This document shows, one piece after another, positions 46,117 through 55,333 of a stretch of DNA of 64,000 bases. Source of the stretch: Candidatus Rokuibacteriota bacterium (GTDB lineage: Bacteria; Methylomirabilota; Methylomirabilia; Rokubacteriales; CSP1-6); the NCBI GenBank assembly GCA_016200085.1, contig JACQFL010000003.1, positions 25,505 to 89,504 of the forward strand, in the 5' to 3' direction. Within the stretch, counting starts at the first letter, position 1. Every line of letters starts with the position of its first letter. Both the position numbers and the translations under genes were made by a program. The notes under the pieces were generated by a model. The model saw only the letters and a list, made by a program, of their open reading frames with translations, ran no database searches and was not told the origin of the DNA.

Positions 46117-47636
46117 CGACGCCCCGCCCGGCCCCGTGCCTGATGGTGCAGGGAACGGCCTCGGGGGCTGGCAAGAGCACGCTGGTGGCCGCGCTGTGCC
46201 GGATCTTCCGGCGGCGCGGCTGGCGCGTGGCGCCCTTCAAGGCGCAGAACATGGCGCTGAATGCCGCGGTGACCTCCGACGGCGGCGAGATCGGGCGGGC
46301 GCAGGCGGCGCAGGCCGAGGCGGCCGGCGTCGAGCCGACGGTGGACATGAACCCGATCCTCCTGAAGCCCGAGGCCGAGGACCGCTCGCAGCTCGTCGTG
46401 CGTGGCATTGCGGTCGCCAGCGTGGACTTCGACGAGTACGCGCGGATGACGCCGTTGCTCCTGCCCGTGGTCGCCGAGAGCCTCGCGCGCCTGCGCGCCG
46501 GCCACGATCTGGTCGTCATCGAGGGCGCCGGCAGCCCGGCGGAGATCAATCTCAATGCCCACGAGATCGTCAACATGCGCATCGCGCGTCTGGCCGCGGC
46601 CCCCGTGCTGCTCGTCGGCGACGTCGATCGCGGCGGCGTCTTCGCCGCTCTCGTGGGCACCCTGGCGCTGCTCGAGCCCGACGACCGCGCGCGCGTGCGC
46701 GGGCTCGTCGTCAACAAGTTCCGCGGCGACCGGCGCCTGCTCGAGCCCGGGCTCGACGAGCTCGCGCGGCGGACCGGAGTGCCGGTGCTGGGCGTGGTGC
46801 CGTGGATCCCCGAGCGGCTCGTGCCCGAGGAGGACTCGCTGGTGCTGGAGGCGCCCGCCCCGCGGCGCGATCCCGCGGCCCTCGACATCGCGGTGATGAA
46901 GCTGCCCCGCATCGCCAACTTCGACGACCTCGAGCCCCTCGCCGCCGAGCCGGGCGTCGGCGTCCGCTTCGTGCGCGCGCGGCAGGATCTCGGCGCGCCC
47001 GACCTGATCGTCGTGCCCGGGAGCAAGAGCACGGTCGCGGATCTCGGGTGGCTCCGCGCCATCGGGCTGGCCGAGGCCCTGCAAGCGCTGGCGGCGCGCG
47101 GCACGCCCGTGCTCGGGCTCTGCGGCGGCTACCAGATGCTGGGCGCGACGATCGAGGATCCCGCGGGCATCGAGTCGTCCACGCCCGTGGCGTCGGGCCT
47201 CGGGCTGCTGCCCGTCGTGACCAGATTCGCGTGCGCCAAGACGACGCGGCGGGTCCGCGCGCGCGTCCTGCCGGAGGCGGGGCTCCTCGCCGGCGCCGCC
47301 GGCGCCGAGGTCACGGGCTACGAGATCCACGCTGGCGACACCGACACCGGCGGCGCGCGGCGGCCGTTCGCGGTGCTGGAGCGTGGTGGCCGGCCGGCTG
47401 CCGGCCACGACGGCGCGGTCAGCGACGACGGGCTCGTGCTCGGCAGTTACCTGCACGGCGTTTTCGCGAACCCGGCGCTCCGGCGCGCGCTCCTCGTCGC
47501 CCTCGCCGCGCACCGCGGGCTGGCCGCCGACCCGCGCTGGGGGACCGGGCCCGCCATCGATCCCTACGATCGTCTCGCTGACATCGTCGAGGCCGCCCTC
47601 GACGTGGGAGCCATCGAGAAGCTCGTGCAGCCGTGA
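46113..47636 (+). CDS. cobQ: Cobyric acid synthase
   Basis: Motifs are LMVQGTASGAGKSTLVAALCRI..., ...KAQNMALNA..., ...EGAGSPAEINL... and the GATase part ...GLCGGYQMLG. Confidence 0.9.
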   Translation: MTTPRPAPCLMVQGTASGAGKSTLVAALCRIFRRRGWRVAPFKAQNMALNAAVTSDGGEIGRAQAAQAEAAGVEPTVDMNPILLKPEAEDRSQLVVRGIAVASVDFDEYARMTPLLLPVVAESLARLRAGHDLVVIEGAGSPAEINLNAHEIVNMRIARLAAAPVLLVGDVDRGGVFAALVGTLALLEPDDRARVRGLVVNKFRGDRRLLEPGLDELARRTGVPVLGVVPWIPERLVPEEDSLVLEAPAPRRDPAALDIAVMKLPRIANFDDLEPLAAEPGVGVRFVRARQDLGAPDLIVVPGSKSTVADLGWLRAIGLAEALQALAARGTPVLGLCGGYQMLGATIEDPAGIESSTPVASGLGLLPVVTRFACAKTTRRVRARVLPEAGLLAGAAGAEVTGYEIHAGDTDTGGARRPFAVLERGGRPAAGHDGAVSDDGLVLGSYLHGVFANPALRRALLVALAAHRGLAADPRWGTGPAIDPYDRLADIVEAALDVGAIEKLVQP

Positions 47637-48559
47637 GGGCACTGGCGGTGGTCGCCCTCGCGCTGGCCCTCGACGTCGCGCTCGGCGATCCTCCCAACCG
47701 CTGGCATCCCGTCGCGTGGATCGGAGCGCTCGTCGGGTGGGGGCGACGGCGGCTGGCCCACGGCCCGCCCACGCGGCTGCGCGGCGCCGGCGCCGCGCTG
47801 CTCGTGACCGTCGCGGCGGTGGCCGCGGTCGCCGGCGGCGTGGTCGTCGTCGCGGCGCGCGCCGCCGGCCCCGTCGGCCTCCTCGTCGAGGCCCTCGCCC
47901 TCAGCGCGCTGCTCTCCGTGCGGGGCCTGACCGTCGCCGCGCGACGGGTCGCGCGACGCCTGGAGGCGCGCGATCTCGTCGGCGCGCGCAGCGCGGTCGG
48001 CACCGATCTGGTGAGCCGCTCCACCGCGCTGCTCGACCGGGGGCACGTGGCCTCCGCGGCGATCGAATCCGTCGCCGAGAATCTGACCGACTCCATCGTC
48101 GCCCCGATCACCTTCTACCTCGCGTTCGGCCTGCCCGGCGCTGCCGTCTACCGGGCGGTGAACACCGCGGACGCGATGATCGGCTACCGGGGCGGCGTGC
48201 TCGAGCACTTCGGCCGCGCGACGGCGCGTCTCGACGACCTGCTGAATCTGGTGCCGGCACGGCTGGCGGCGTGCGCGCTCGTGATCGCGGCGCCCTTCGC
48301 CGGCGCGAGCGCGCGCGGCGCGCTGGCCATCGCGTGGCGCCATCACCGGCGCACCGCGAGCCCCAACGCCGGCTGGACGATGGCCGCCATGGCCGGCGCC
48401 CTCGGCCTCACGCTCGAAAAACCTGAAGCCTACGTCCTCGGTACCGGCCCCCTCCCCGAGCCCGCCGACATCGATCGCAGCCTCCGCGTGCTGGTCGCCG
48501 CCACGCTCGTCGCCCTGGTGGCGGCCGCGGTCGTCATCGTGCTGATCCACCCTGTATGA
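47633..48559 (+). CDS. cbiB: Adenosylcobinamide-phosphate synthase (CobD/CbiB)
   Basis: ...GDPPNRWHPVAWIG..., ...NTADAMIGYR... and ...SPNAGWTMAAMAGALG... in a multi-TM protein. Confidence 0.9.
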   Translation: MRALAVVALALALDVALGDPPNRWHPVAWIGALVGWGRRRLAHGPPTRLRGAGAALLVTVAAVAAVAGGVVVVAARAAGPVGLLVEALALSALLSVRGLTVAARRVARRLEARDLVGARSAVGTDLVSRSTALLDRGHVASAAIESVAENLTDSIVAPITFYLAFGLPGAAVYRAVNTADAMIGYRGGVLEHFGRATARLDDLLNLVPARLAACALVIAAPFAGASARGALAIAWRHHRRTASPNAGWTMAAMAGALGLTLEKPEAYVLGTGPLPEPADIDRSLRVLVAATLVALVAAAVVIVLIHPV

Positions 48560-48607
48560 TCGATGAGTTAGCCGACCTGTCCTGAGATCCGACTGGATGG
48601 TGAGCGG

Positions 48608-48749
48608 CGGGGCGGGGATGGGGTCGCTGTGGCGGAAGCCGGAGCGCGTAGGCTCTCGATGCATGGCGTGCTCGCGTTCGCTCGCTTGCGCGCGCGGGCG
48701 CCCACCGCACGTACCCAACGGCTTCCGCCACCCCGACCCCATCCCCGCC
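48608..48749 (+). repeat. Family A long-hairpin element, copy A2
   Basis: The arms are GGCGGGGATGGGGTCGCTGTGGCGGAAGCCG (48611-48641) and CGGCTTCCGCCACCCCGACCCCATCCCCGCC (48719-48749), 29/31 complementary. The core contains GTAGGCTCTCGATGC..GTGCTCGCGTTCGCTCGC..GTACCCAACGG. Confidence 0.9.
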
Positions 48750-48899
48750 ACGCGGCGTCGCCGCGGGGCTCGATGGCCTCGCTCGCGATTGGTCCCTCGC
48801 CACCCGCACGTCATTGTCGGCGCGCGGCGCGCGCCGTGCGTGGGCGTCGCGTGAGCGTTTTTCTTCGGCGCGCGCAGAGGCGGCGGGTATGATGAGCTT

Positions 48900-48924
48900 A
48901 TCGCCGCCGCGAGCGGCGATTTTT
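48900..48924 (+). terminator. Intrinsic-terminator-like hairpin plus T-tract in the argS leader
   Basis: ATCGCCGC-CGCGA-GCGGCGAT forms a perfect 8-bp stem and is followed by TTTT, ending 10 nt before the argS ATG. A TATGAT -10-like box lies about 15 nt upstream. Confidence 0.4.
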
Positions 48925-48934
48925 CGCTTACGCC

Positions 48935-50677
48935 ATGCGGATTACGGACCGACTCGGTGAGGGCGTGCGGACGGCGCTGGGGGCCGCAGGGCTGCCAGCG
49001 GTGACGGATCTCGTGTGGGAAGTGCCGCGCCAGACCGAGCACGGCGACTACGCGACCAACGTCGCCATGACCCTGGCGCGCGAGACCAGGCAGGCGCCGC
49101 GGAAGATCGCCGAGGCCATCGTGCGGCACTTCCCGGCGCTGCCGGAGGTCGACCGACTCGAGGTCGCCGGCCCGGGGTTCGTCAACGTGTTCCTGTCGCA
49201 TGCCTGGTGCGCGAGCGCGCTGCGCGAGGTCCTCGCCGCCGGGCCCGCGTACGGCCGCGGCGACCGCCATCGCGGCCAGCGCGCGCGGCTCGAGTTCGTC
49301 TCGGCCAATCCCACCGGGCCGCTCGTGATCGTCAATGCGCGCGCCGCCGCCGTCGGCGATGCGCTGGCGCACCTGCTGCGCGCGCAGGGCGCCGAGGTGA
49401 CGACGGAGTACTACGTCAACGACTCCGGCAACCAGTTCGAGGCCCTCGCGCGCTCCTTTCGCGCGCGCGTGCTCCAGCAGCTCGGGGTGGACGAGCCGCT
49501 GCCCGATTCCGGATATCCCGGCGAGTACCTTGTCGACCTCGCCAAGCAGTACCTCGCCGAGCACCCGGCGGTGCGACGGGACAGGACCGCGCAGGCCCAG
49601 GCGCAGGCGGCCGATCCCCAAGCGCTGGCGCGCCTCGGTCGCTGGGCCGTGGATCGGATCGTCGACGGGCAGCGCAGGGTGCTGGCCGACTACGGCGTCG
49701 CGTTCGACGTGTGGACGTCCGAGCAGGGCGACGTGCGGGATGCGGGGCTGCCGGCCCAGGTGATCGAGGAGCTACGCAAGCGCCACCTGACCTACGAGGC
49801 GCTCGAGGGGGAGTCCGACGACAGGGCCCCGGCCCGGCCGCCCAGGGCGCAGCCGCCCCGGGCGGACGCCCCGGCGCTGTGGTTCCGCGCGTCGCAGTAC
49901 GGCGACGAGAAGGACCGCGTGCTGCGCAAGTCGAGCGGCGAGCCGACCTACTTCGCCGTCGACATCGCCTTCCACCACGCCCTGAAGTTCGCGGACTTCG
50001 ACCGGGTCATCACGCTGATCGGTCCCGACCACCATGGCTACCTCGCCCGCATGCGCGCCGCCCTGCAGGCGCTCGGCCACCCGCCGGAGGCGTTCGAGAT
50101 CCTGATCATCCAGCTCGTGACCCTGCTGCGGGACGGCGAGCCCGTGCGGATGTCCAAGCGCCGGGGCGAGTTCGTGCTGATGGAGGAGCTGCTCGAGGAA
50201 GTCGGCCGCGACGCCGCGCGCTTCACGTTCCTCATGCGCCGCCACGACAGCCCGCTCGACTTCGACCTCGCCGTGGCCACGCGCCAGTCGGCCGACAATC
50301 CCGTCTACTACGTGCAGTACGCCCACGCCCGGGTGCGCAGCCTCTTCCGCCAGGCCGCCGAGCAGGGGATGGCGGCGCCCCCCTGGAGCGAGGTGATACT
50401 CGCCCGGCTGCTCCTGCCCGAGGAGCAGCAGATCATCAAGCACCTGGCGCAGTACCCGGAGCTGGTGGCCAGCGCCGCGCGGGCCCTCGAGCCGCACCGC
50501 ATCGCCTACTGGCTCTACGAGCTGGCGGGGCTCTTCCACCCGTACTACAAGAACCACCGCGTGCTCCAGCCCGATCACGAGCTCGCGCTCGCGCGGCTCG
50601 CGCTCTGCGCCGGCGTGGGACGGGTCGTCGCCAACGGCCTCGCCCTGCTCGGGGTGAGCGCGCCGGAGAGCATGTGA
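48935..50677 (+). CDS. argS: Arginine--tRNA ligase
   Basis: ...EHGDYATNVAM..., ...SANPTGPLVIVNAR (HIGH-region equivalent), ...MSKRRGEF (KMSK) and the DALR anticodon-binding C-terminus are present. Confidence 0.9.
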   Translation: MRITDRLGEGVRTALGAAGLPAVTDLVWEVPRQTEHGDYATNVAMTLARETRQAPRKIAEAIVRHFPALPEVDRLEVAGPGFVNVFLSHAWCASALREVLAAGPAYGRGDRHRGQRARLEFVSANPTGPLVIVNARAAAVGDALAHLLRAQGAEVTTEYYVNDSGNQFEALARSFRARVLQQLGVDEPLPDSGYPGEYLVDLAKQYLAEHPAVRRDRTAQAQAQAADPQALARLGRWAVDRIVDGQRRVLADYGVAFDVWTSEQGDVRDAGLPAQVIEELRKRHLTYEALEGESDDRAPARPPRAQPPRADAPALWFRASQYGDEKDRVLRKSSGEPTYFAVDIAFHHALKFADFDRVITLIGPDHHGYLARMRAALQALGHPPEAFEILIIQLVTLLRDGEPVRMSKRRGEFVLMEELLEEVGRDAARFTFLMRRHDSPLDFDLAVATRQSADNPVYYVQYAHARVRSLFRQAAEQGMAAPPWSEVILARLLLPEEQQIIKHLAQYPELVASAARALEPHRIAYWLYELAGLFHPYYKNHRVLQPDHELALARLALCAGVGRVVANGLALLGVSAPESM

Positions 50678-51414
50678 CGGCGGTGCGCCGCCAGCGCCGC
50701 GACCGCCCGTTCCGCCCGCTGCTCGTCGGTCTCACCTGCCTGCTGGTCCTCGGGCTGACCTTCGCCCTCGGGGTGCTCGCGGGTCGCCACTGGCCCGTGC
50801 GTCCGGGCACCGCATCGACCATCGCGAGCGCGGGCGCCCGCGACCCTGCCCATCGCGGGGCGGCGGGGGAGGCGCGGCGGGCCGAGCCGGCGCCGGTGCT
50901 CACGTTCTACCAGGAGCTGACCGCCCCGCTGGCGCCGTCGTCGGCGGCGGCGAGGCCGAAGCCCGCCGCCAGGCGCGAGGATCCCCGCGCCCCCGGCAAG
51001 GAGGCGCAGGCCCCCCCGAAGGCTGAGGGGGTGGCCGAACCGGCGTCGACGTCCGCCGTCGCGGCGGTGGCGGCGGCGGGGCCGGCCGTGAAGGACACGC
51101 CGCCGGCGAAGGACTCGGCGGCAGTGAAGGACACGCCGGCGCCGAAGGACACGCCGCCGCCGAAGGACGCGGCCCGGGACAGGGAGGCGGGGTTCACCAT
51201 CCAGGTCGGCGCGTTCACGGCGCGGCCACCCGCCGAGGCGATGACCGCCTCGCTCCGTCGCGCCGGCCACGACGCTTACGTCGCGGAGGTCGACGGCGGG
51301 CCTGCGCGCTATCGCGTGCGCGTCGGCAGCTTCCCGACCCGCGACGCCGCGCGCGACGCGGCCGCGACGCTCGCGCGCGACGGCAAGGTCGCGACGTATG
51401 TCACGCCTCGCTGA
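50674..51414 (+). CDS. SPOR domain-containing membrane protein
   Basis: The GTG overlaps the argS stop (ATGTGA). The protein has a TM segment LLVGLTCLLVLGLTFALGVLAG, a Pro/Lys/Ala-rich linker with KDTP repeats, and a C-terminal SPOR-like domain (FTIQVGAFTARPPAEAM...RYRVRVGSFPTRDAARDAA). Confidence 0.75.
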   Translation: MTAVRRQRRDRPFRPLLVGLTCLLVLGLTFALGVLAGRHWPVRPGTASTIASAGARDPAHRGAAGEARRAEPAPVLTFYQELTAPLAPSSAAARPKPAARREDPRAPGKEAQAPPKAEGVAEPASTSAVAAVAAAGPAVKDTPPAKDSAAVKDTPAPKDTPPPKDAARDREAGFTIQVGAFTARPPAEAMTASLRRAGHDAYVAEVDGGPARYRVRVGSFPTRDAARDAAATLARDGKVATYVTPR

Positions 51415-51943
51415 TCTCGCCGCGCGTCCGGCGCGGGTGCTGATCACCGAGGACGAGTTGCGGGCGCGCGTCACCGCGCTGGGCGAAGCGCTCGCGCGCG
51501 ACTACGCCGACCGCCACCCCGTGCTCGTCGGCGTGCTCAAGGGCGCGCTGCTCTTCATGGCCGACCTCATCCGGGCCGTCTCCATCGATCTGGAGACCGA
51601 CTTCATCGTGCTCGCGAGCTACGGCGCCGCCACGCGCTCGTCCGGCGTGGTCAAGCTCGCCTCCGACCTGTCGCACCCCATCGAGGACCGCGACGTGGTG
51701 ATCGTGGAGGACATCATCGACACCGGGCGGACGGTGTCGTACCTCAAGCGCAACCTCGAGACCCGCCGCCCGCGCAGCGTGAAGATCTGCGCGCTGCTCG
51801 ACAAGATCGAGCGCCGCGAGGTCGAGGTCGACATCGACTACCTCGGCTTCACCATCCCGAACGTGTTCGTGGTCGGGTACGGCATGGATCACGCCGGCCT
51901 CTACCGCAACCTGCCGCACATCGCAACCCTCGACTCGGCGTAA
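51398..51943 (+). CDS. hpt: Hypoxanthine phosphoribosyltransferase
   Basis: The PRPP-binding motif [14 protein letters not shown] is present, with ...[15 protein letters not shown]... and ...[16 protein letters not shown]. Confidence 0.9.
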   Translation: MSRLADLAARPARVLITEDELRARVTALGEALARDYADRHPVLVGVLKGALLFMADLIRAVSIDLETDFIVLASYGAATRSSGVVKLASDLSHPIEDRDVVIVEDIIDTGRTVSYLKRNLETRRPRSVKICALLDKIERREVEVDIDYLGFTIPNVFVVGYGMDHAGLYRNLPHIATLDSA

Positions 51944-51950
51944 CCGCGCG

Positions 51951-52103
51951 CGGCGGCCCGGGGGTGGGGGGACGGGGTGCGGAAGCCGGACCGCGTAAGC
52001 TCTCCATGCTGGGGTGTGCTCGCGTACGCTCGCCGCTGGCGCGCGCCGACGGAACGCGTACCCAACGGCTTCCGCACCCCGTCCCCCCACCCCCGGGCCG
52101 CCG
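51951..52103 (+). repeat. Family A long-hairpin element, copy A3
   Basis: The arms are 38/38 nt perfectly complementary: CGGCGGCCCGGGGGTGGGGGGACGGGGTGCGGAAGCCG (51951-51988) and its reverse complement (52066-52103). The core contains GTAAGCTCTCCATGC..GTGCTCGCGTACGCTCGC..GTACCCAACGG. Confidence 0.9.
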
Positions 52104-52217
52104 CTCCCGTTGCGTCGGGCCGACCGTCCGACGTCCTTGGGTTGAGGAAAGGCCTGGGGCGTGGGGCCTTCGAACATCACCGCTCCCGGGTCGTTGGTCC
52201 CGGACACCTCGCGGGGC

Positions 52218-52372
52218 GGCGGGGGAGCGGGGGCCGGAGGGGGCCGCCGGAGCCGTTGAGTACGTGCCGAGGGCGGCGTGCGCGTCGAAGCGTGCGAACG
52301 CGAGCACGGGCCGTCGCGAGAGCTCACGCGGTCCGGCTCCGGCGGCCCCCCTCCGGCCCCCGCTCCCCCGCC
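52218..52372 (-). repeat. Family A long-hairpin element, copy A4 (inverted orientation)
   Basis: The arms are GGCGGGGGAGCGGGGGCCGGAGGGGGCCGCCGGAGCCG (52218-52255) and its complement (52334-52372), differing by one G. The core contains GCGAACGCGAGCAC, the reverse complement of GTGCTCGCGTTCGC. Confidence 0.85.
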
Positions 52373-52431
52373 GTGTACGTGACGCGTCAGAGGACAGAGA
52401 GGCGTCGGGCGTGGTGATATACTGGGCGCGG

Positions 52432-54246
52432 ATGAATCAGGTTTACAAGAATCTTGCCCTGTGGATGGTGATCGGGCTAATCGTCATCCTGCTGTTCACC
52501 GTGTTCCAGGGCGCGCAGCAGGGCGGGCAGGAGCAGCCGAACTTCTCGGAATTCCTGCGCTCGGTCGAGCAGGGCCGGGTGGACTCGGTGGTCATCCGCG
52601 GCAATCACGTCACCTACACGACCAAGGAGGGCCAGACCCTCCGCACGTACATCGTCGAGTACCCGGACCTCATCAAGACCCTGCGCGAGCACGGCGCGCG
52701 CATCGCGGTCAAGCCGCCGGACTCGAGCCCGTGGTACGGGATCTTCCTCCAGTGGGTACCGATGCTGCTGTTCATCGGCGTGTGGATCTTCTTCATGCGC
52801 CAGATGCAGGGCGGTGGCGCCAAGGCGCTGTCGTTCGGCAAGGCGCGGGCGCGGCTGGTCTCGGAGAAGCAGAACAAGGTGACGTTCCAGGACGTCGCAG
52901 GCATCGACGAGGCCAAGGAAGAGCTGCGGGAGATCATCGACTTCCTGAAGGACCCGCAGAAGTTCCAGAAGCTCGGCGGCAAGATCCCCAAGGGCGTGCT
53001 CCTCGTCGGCCCGCCCGGCACCGGCAAGACGCTGCTCGCCAAGGCCATCGCGGGGGAGGCGAACGTCCCGTTCTTCTCGATCTCGGGGTCGGACTTCGTG
53101 GAGATGTTCGTGGGCGTCGGGGCCTCCCGCGTGCGCGATCTCTTCGATCAGGGCAAGAAGCACGCGCCCTGCATCATCTTCATGGACGAGATCGACGCTG
53201 TCGGGCGGCATCGCGGCGCGGGCCTCGGCGGCGGCCACGACGAGCGCGAGCAGACCCTCAACCAGCTGCTCGTCGAGATGGACGGCTTCGAGACCAACGA
53301 GGGCGTCATCATGATCGCGGCCACCAACCGGCCCGACGTCCTCGATCCCGCGCTCCTGCGCCCCGGGCGCTTCGACCGTCAGGTCGTGGTGCCGCGGCCC
53401 GACGTCAGGGGCCGCGAGGAGATCCTGCGCGTGCACGCCCGCCGCATCCCGCTCGCGCCCGACGTCGACCTCAAGGTCCTCGCCCGGGGCAGCCCCGGGT
53501 TCTCGGGCGCCGACCTGGCCAACCTCGTCAACGAGGCGGCGCTGCTGGCGGCGCGGCAGAACAAGAAGTTCGTGGAGATGCTCGACTTCGAGAACGCCAA
53601 GGACAAGGTCCTGATGGGCGTCGAGCGGCGCTCCATGATCATCAGCGACACCGAGAAGCGGACCATCGCCTACCACGAGGCGGGCCATGCGCTCGTGGCC
53701 GACTTCCTGCCCGGCGCCGACCCGCTGCACAAGGTCACGATCATCCCGCGCGGGCGCGCCCTCGGCCTGACCATGCAGCTGCCGATGGACGACCAGTACA
53801 ACTACTCGCGCGACTACCTGATCAACCGGATCACGATCCTGCTCGGCGGCCGCTCCGCCGAGGAGATCGTGCTCAACCAGCAGACCACGGGCGCCGGCGA
53901 CGACCTCGAGAAGGCCACCGAGATGGCGCGCAAGATGGTCTGCGAGTGGGGCATGTCCGACCGGCTCGGCCCGCTCACCTTCGGCAAGAACGAGGAGCAC
54001 ATCTTCCTCGGCCGCGAGGTGACGCGCGCCAAGGACTACAGCGAGGACACCGCGCTCATGATCGATTCCGAGATCAAGCGCATCGTCGTGGAGTGCGCCT
54101 CGCGCGCGAAGAAGATCATCGAGGACAACATCGAGAAGCTCCACGCGCTGGCGCGCGCGCTGCTCGAGCGCGAGTCCCTCGACTCCGAGGAGATCGCGCG
54201 CATCCTCCGCGCGCGGCCGTTCGAGCCGGCCGGCGCCCCGGCGTGA
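52432..54246 (+). CDS. ftsH: ATP-dependent zinc metalloprotease FtsH
   Basis: The protein starts [22 protein letters not shown] and has Walker [14 protein letters not shown], Walker [12 protein letters not shown] and the zinc site HEAGHAL. Confidence 0.95.
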   Translation: MNQVYKNLALWMVIGLIVILLFTVFQGAQQGGQEQPNFSEFLRSVEQGRVDSVVIRGNHVTYTTKEGQTLRTYIVEYPDLIKTLREHGARIAVKPPDSSPWYGIFLQWVPMLLFIGVWIFFMRQMQGGGAKALSFGKARARLVSEKQNKVTFQDVAGIDEAKEELREIIDFLKDPQKFQKLGGKIPKGVLLVGPPGTGKTLLAKAIAGEANVPFFSISGSDFVEMFVGVGASRVRDLFDQGKKHAPCIIFMDEIDAVGRHRGAGLGGGHDEREQTLNQLLVEMDGFETNEGVIMIAATNRPDVLDPALLRPGRFDRQVVVPRPDVRGREEILRVHARRIPLAPDVDLKVLARGSPGFSGADLANLVNEAALLAARQNKKFVEMLDFENAKDKVLMGVERRSMIISDTEKRTIAYHEAGHALVADFLPGADPLHKVTIIPRGRALGLTMQLPMDDQYNYSRDYLINRITILLGGRSAEEIVLNQQTTGAGDDLEKATEMARKMVCEWGMSDRLGPLTFGKNEEHIFLGREVTRAKDYSEDTALMIDSEIKRIVVECASRAKKIIEDNIEKLHALARALLERESLDSEEIARILRARPFEPAGAPA

Positions 54247-54247
54247 T

Positions 54248-54471
54248 TCTCGGAGGGGGGCTTCGTCCCCCTTCCGACGCTACGCGGGCCTGACGGCCCG
54301 CTTCGCTGCCTCCCCCCCGGGTTGCGCCGGCGAAGCCGGCGCTCGAGCCGCGCGTGGCAATACTCTCATGCGCCCAGAACGGCACTCGAAGCGCGATCAC
54401 GGTCAGTCGATTTGGTCGCCGGCGGTTGCGACAGGGGGAGGTCTCGGAGGGGGGCGAAGCACCCCTCTGAG
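54248..54471 (+). repeat. Intergenic block bounded by a direct repeat TCTCGGAGGGGGGC, each copy forming a G/C hairpin
   Basis: One hairpin at 54251-54276 (CGGAGGGGGG-CTTCGT-CCCCCTTCCG) follows the ftsH stop. Another at 54443-54471 (CTCGGAGGGG-GGCGAAGCA-CCCCTCTGAG) lies just before folP. The internal GCGCCGGCGAAGCCGGCGCTCGAG also occurs as GCGCCGGCAAAGCCGGCGCTCGAA at about 22550. Confidence 0.7.
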
Positions 54472-54484
54472 GTTATAGTCGGGC

Positions 54485-55333
54485 ATGGGGCGGGCGAAGC
54501 TCGGGGGAGTGCTCGTCGGGGATGGCGCGCCGGTGGGGGTGATCGGGGCGCTCAACGTCAGCCCCGAGTCGTTCTACGCGGGCTCCGTGCACCGGGACCT
54601 CGATGACCTCGTGCGGGCGGGGGAGGGGATGGTTGCGGCGGGGGCGGTGGCGGTGGACGTCGGGGCTCGGTCGACGGCGCCATACCTCGAGACCGCGATC
54701 TCCGACGGGGAGGAGGCTGGCCGGCTGGCCTCGGCCGTTGCCCGACTCGCCGCGGTCTTGCCCGTGCCCGTCTCCGCCGACACTGCCCGCGAGGGGGCCG
54801 CGCGCGCGGCGCTAGACGCCGGGGCGCGGATCGTCAACGACGTGACCGCGCTGGCGGACGCCGGGATGGCGCGTCTCGTCGCCGAGCGCGGCGCCGGGCT
54901 GATCATGATGGCCGCGCCGGGCGCGCCGCCGTTGCGGCCGGACCCGCTCGACACCGTCGCCGCGTTGCTGGAGGCTGGCCTCGCCCGCGCGCGCAGGGCG
55001 GGAGTTCCCGACGAGCACGTCGTCCTCGATCCCGGGATCGGCTTCTTCCGGGAGGCGGAGGGCCTCGCGTGGCACGAGTGGGACTGTCGCGTGCTGGCCG
55101 GGCTCGAGGGCCTGGCCGCGCTCGGGCGGCCGCTCTGCGTCGGCGTGTCGCGCAAGTCCTTCCTCGGCGCCGTCACCGGCCGTGGGGCCGTGGAGGCGCG
55201 CCTGGCCGCGTCGCTGGCGGCCACCGCCGTCGCCGTCTGGAACGGGGCGGCCCTGATCCGGACCCACGACGTGGCCGAGACCCTCGACGCGGTCCGCGTG
55301 GCCGAGCGCCTGGCCGAGACGCGGCGGCGATGA
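54485..55333 (+). CDS. folP: Dihydropteroate synthase
   Basis: ...GALNVSPESFY..., ...VDVGARST.P..., ...RIVNDVTA... and ...LDPGIGF.... are present. 282 aa. Confidence 0.85.
   Translation: MGRAKLGGVLVGDGAPVGVIGALNVSPESFYAGSVHRDLDDLVRAGEGMVAAGAVAVDVGARSTAPYLETAISDGEEAGRLASAVARLAAVLPVPVSADTAREGAARAALDAGARIVNDVTALADAGMARLVAERGAGLIMMAAPGAPPLRPDPLDTVAALLEAGLARARRAGVPDEHVVLDPGIGFFREAEGLAWHEWDCRVLAGLEGLAALGRPLCVGVSRKSFLGAVTGRGAVEARLAASLAATAVAVWNGAALIRTHDVAETLDAVRVAERLAETRRR

Noticed and set aside
48890-48961. A 23-codon uORF (MMSLSPPRAAIFRLRHADYGPTR) considered as an arginine-sensing leader peptide for argS.
   Set aside because: The Arg codons are scattered rather than clustered. There is no SD sequence. 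I could not identify an alternative antiterminator pairing by eye. I mention it only within the hairpin finding.
52104-52217. The spacer between the two facing family A copies upstream of ftsH, considered as a possible small RNA or tRNA.
   Set aside because: I could find no cloverleaf features, no conserved T-loop (GTTCGAATC-like) and no recognisable Rfam-type motif by eye. Nothing supports a call without a covariance-model search.
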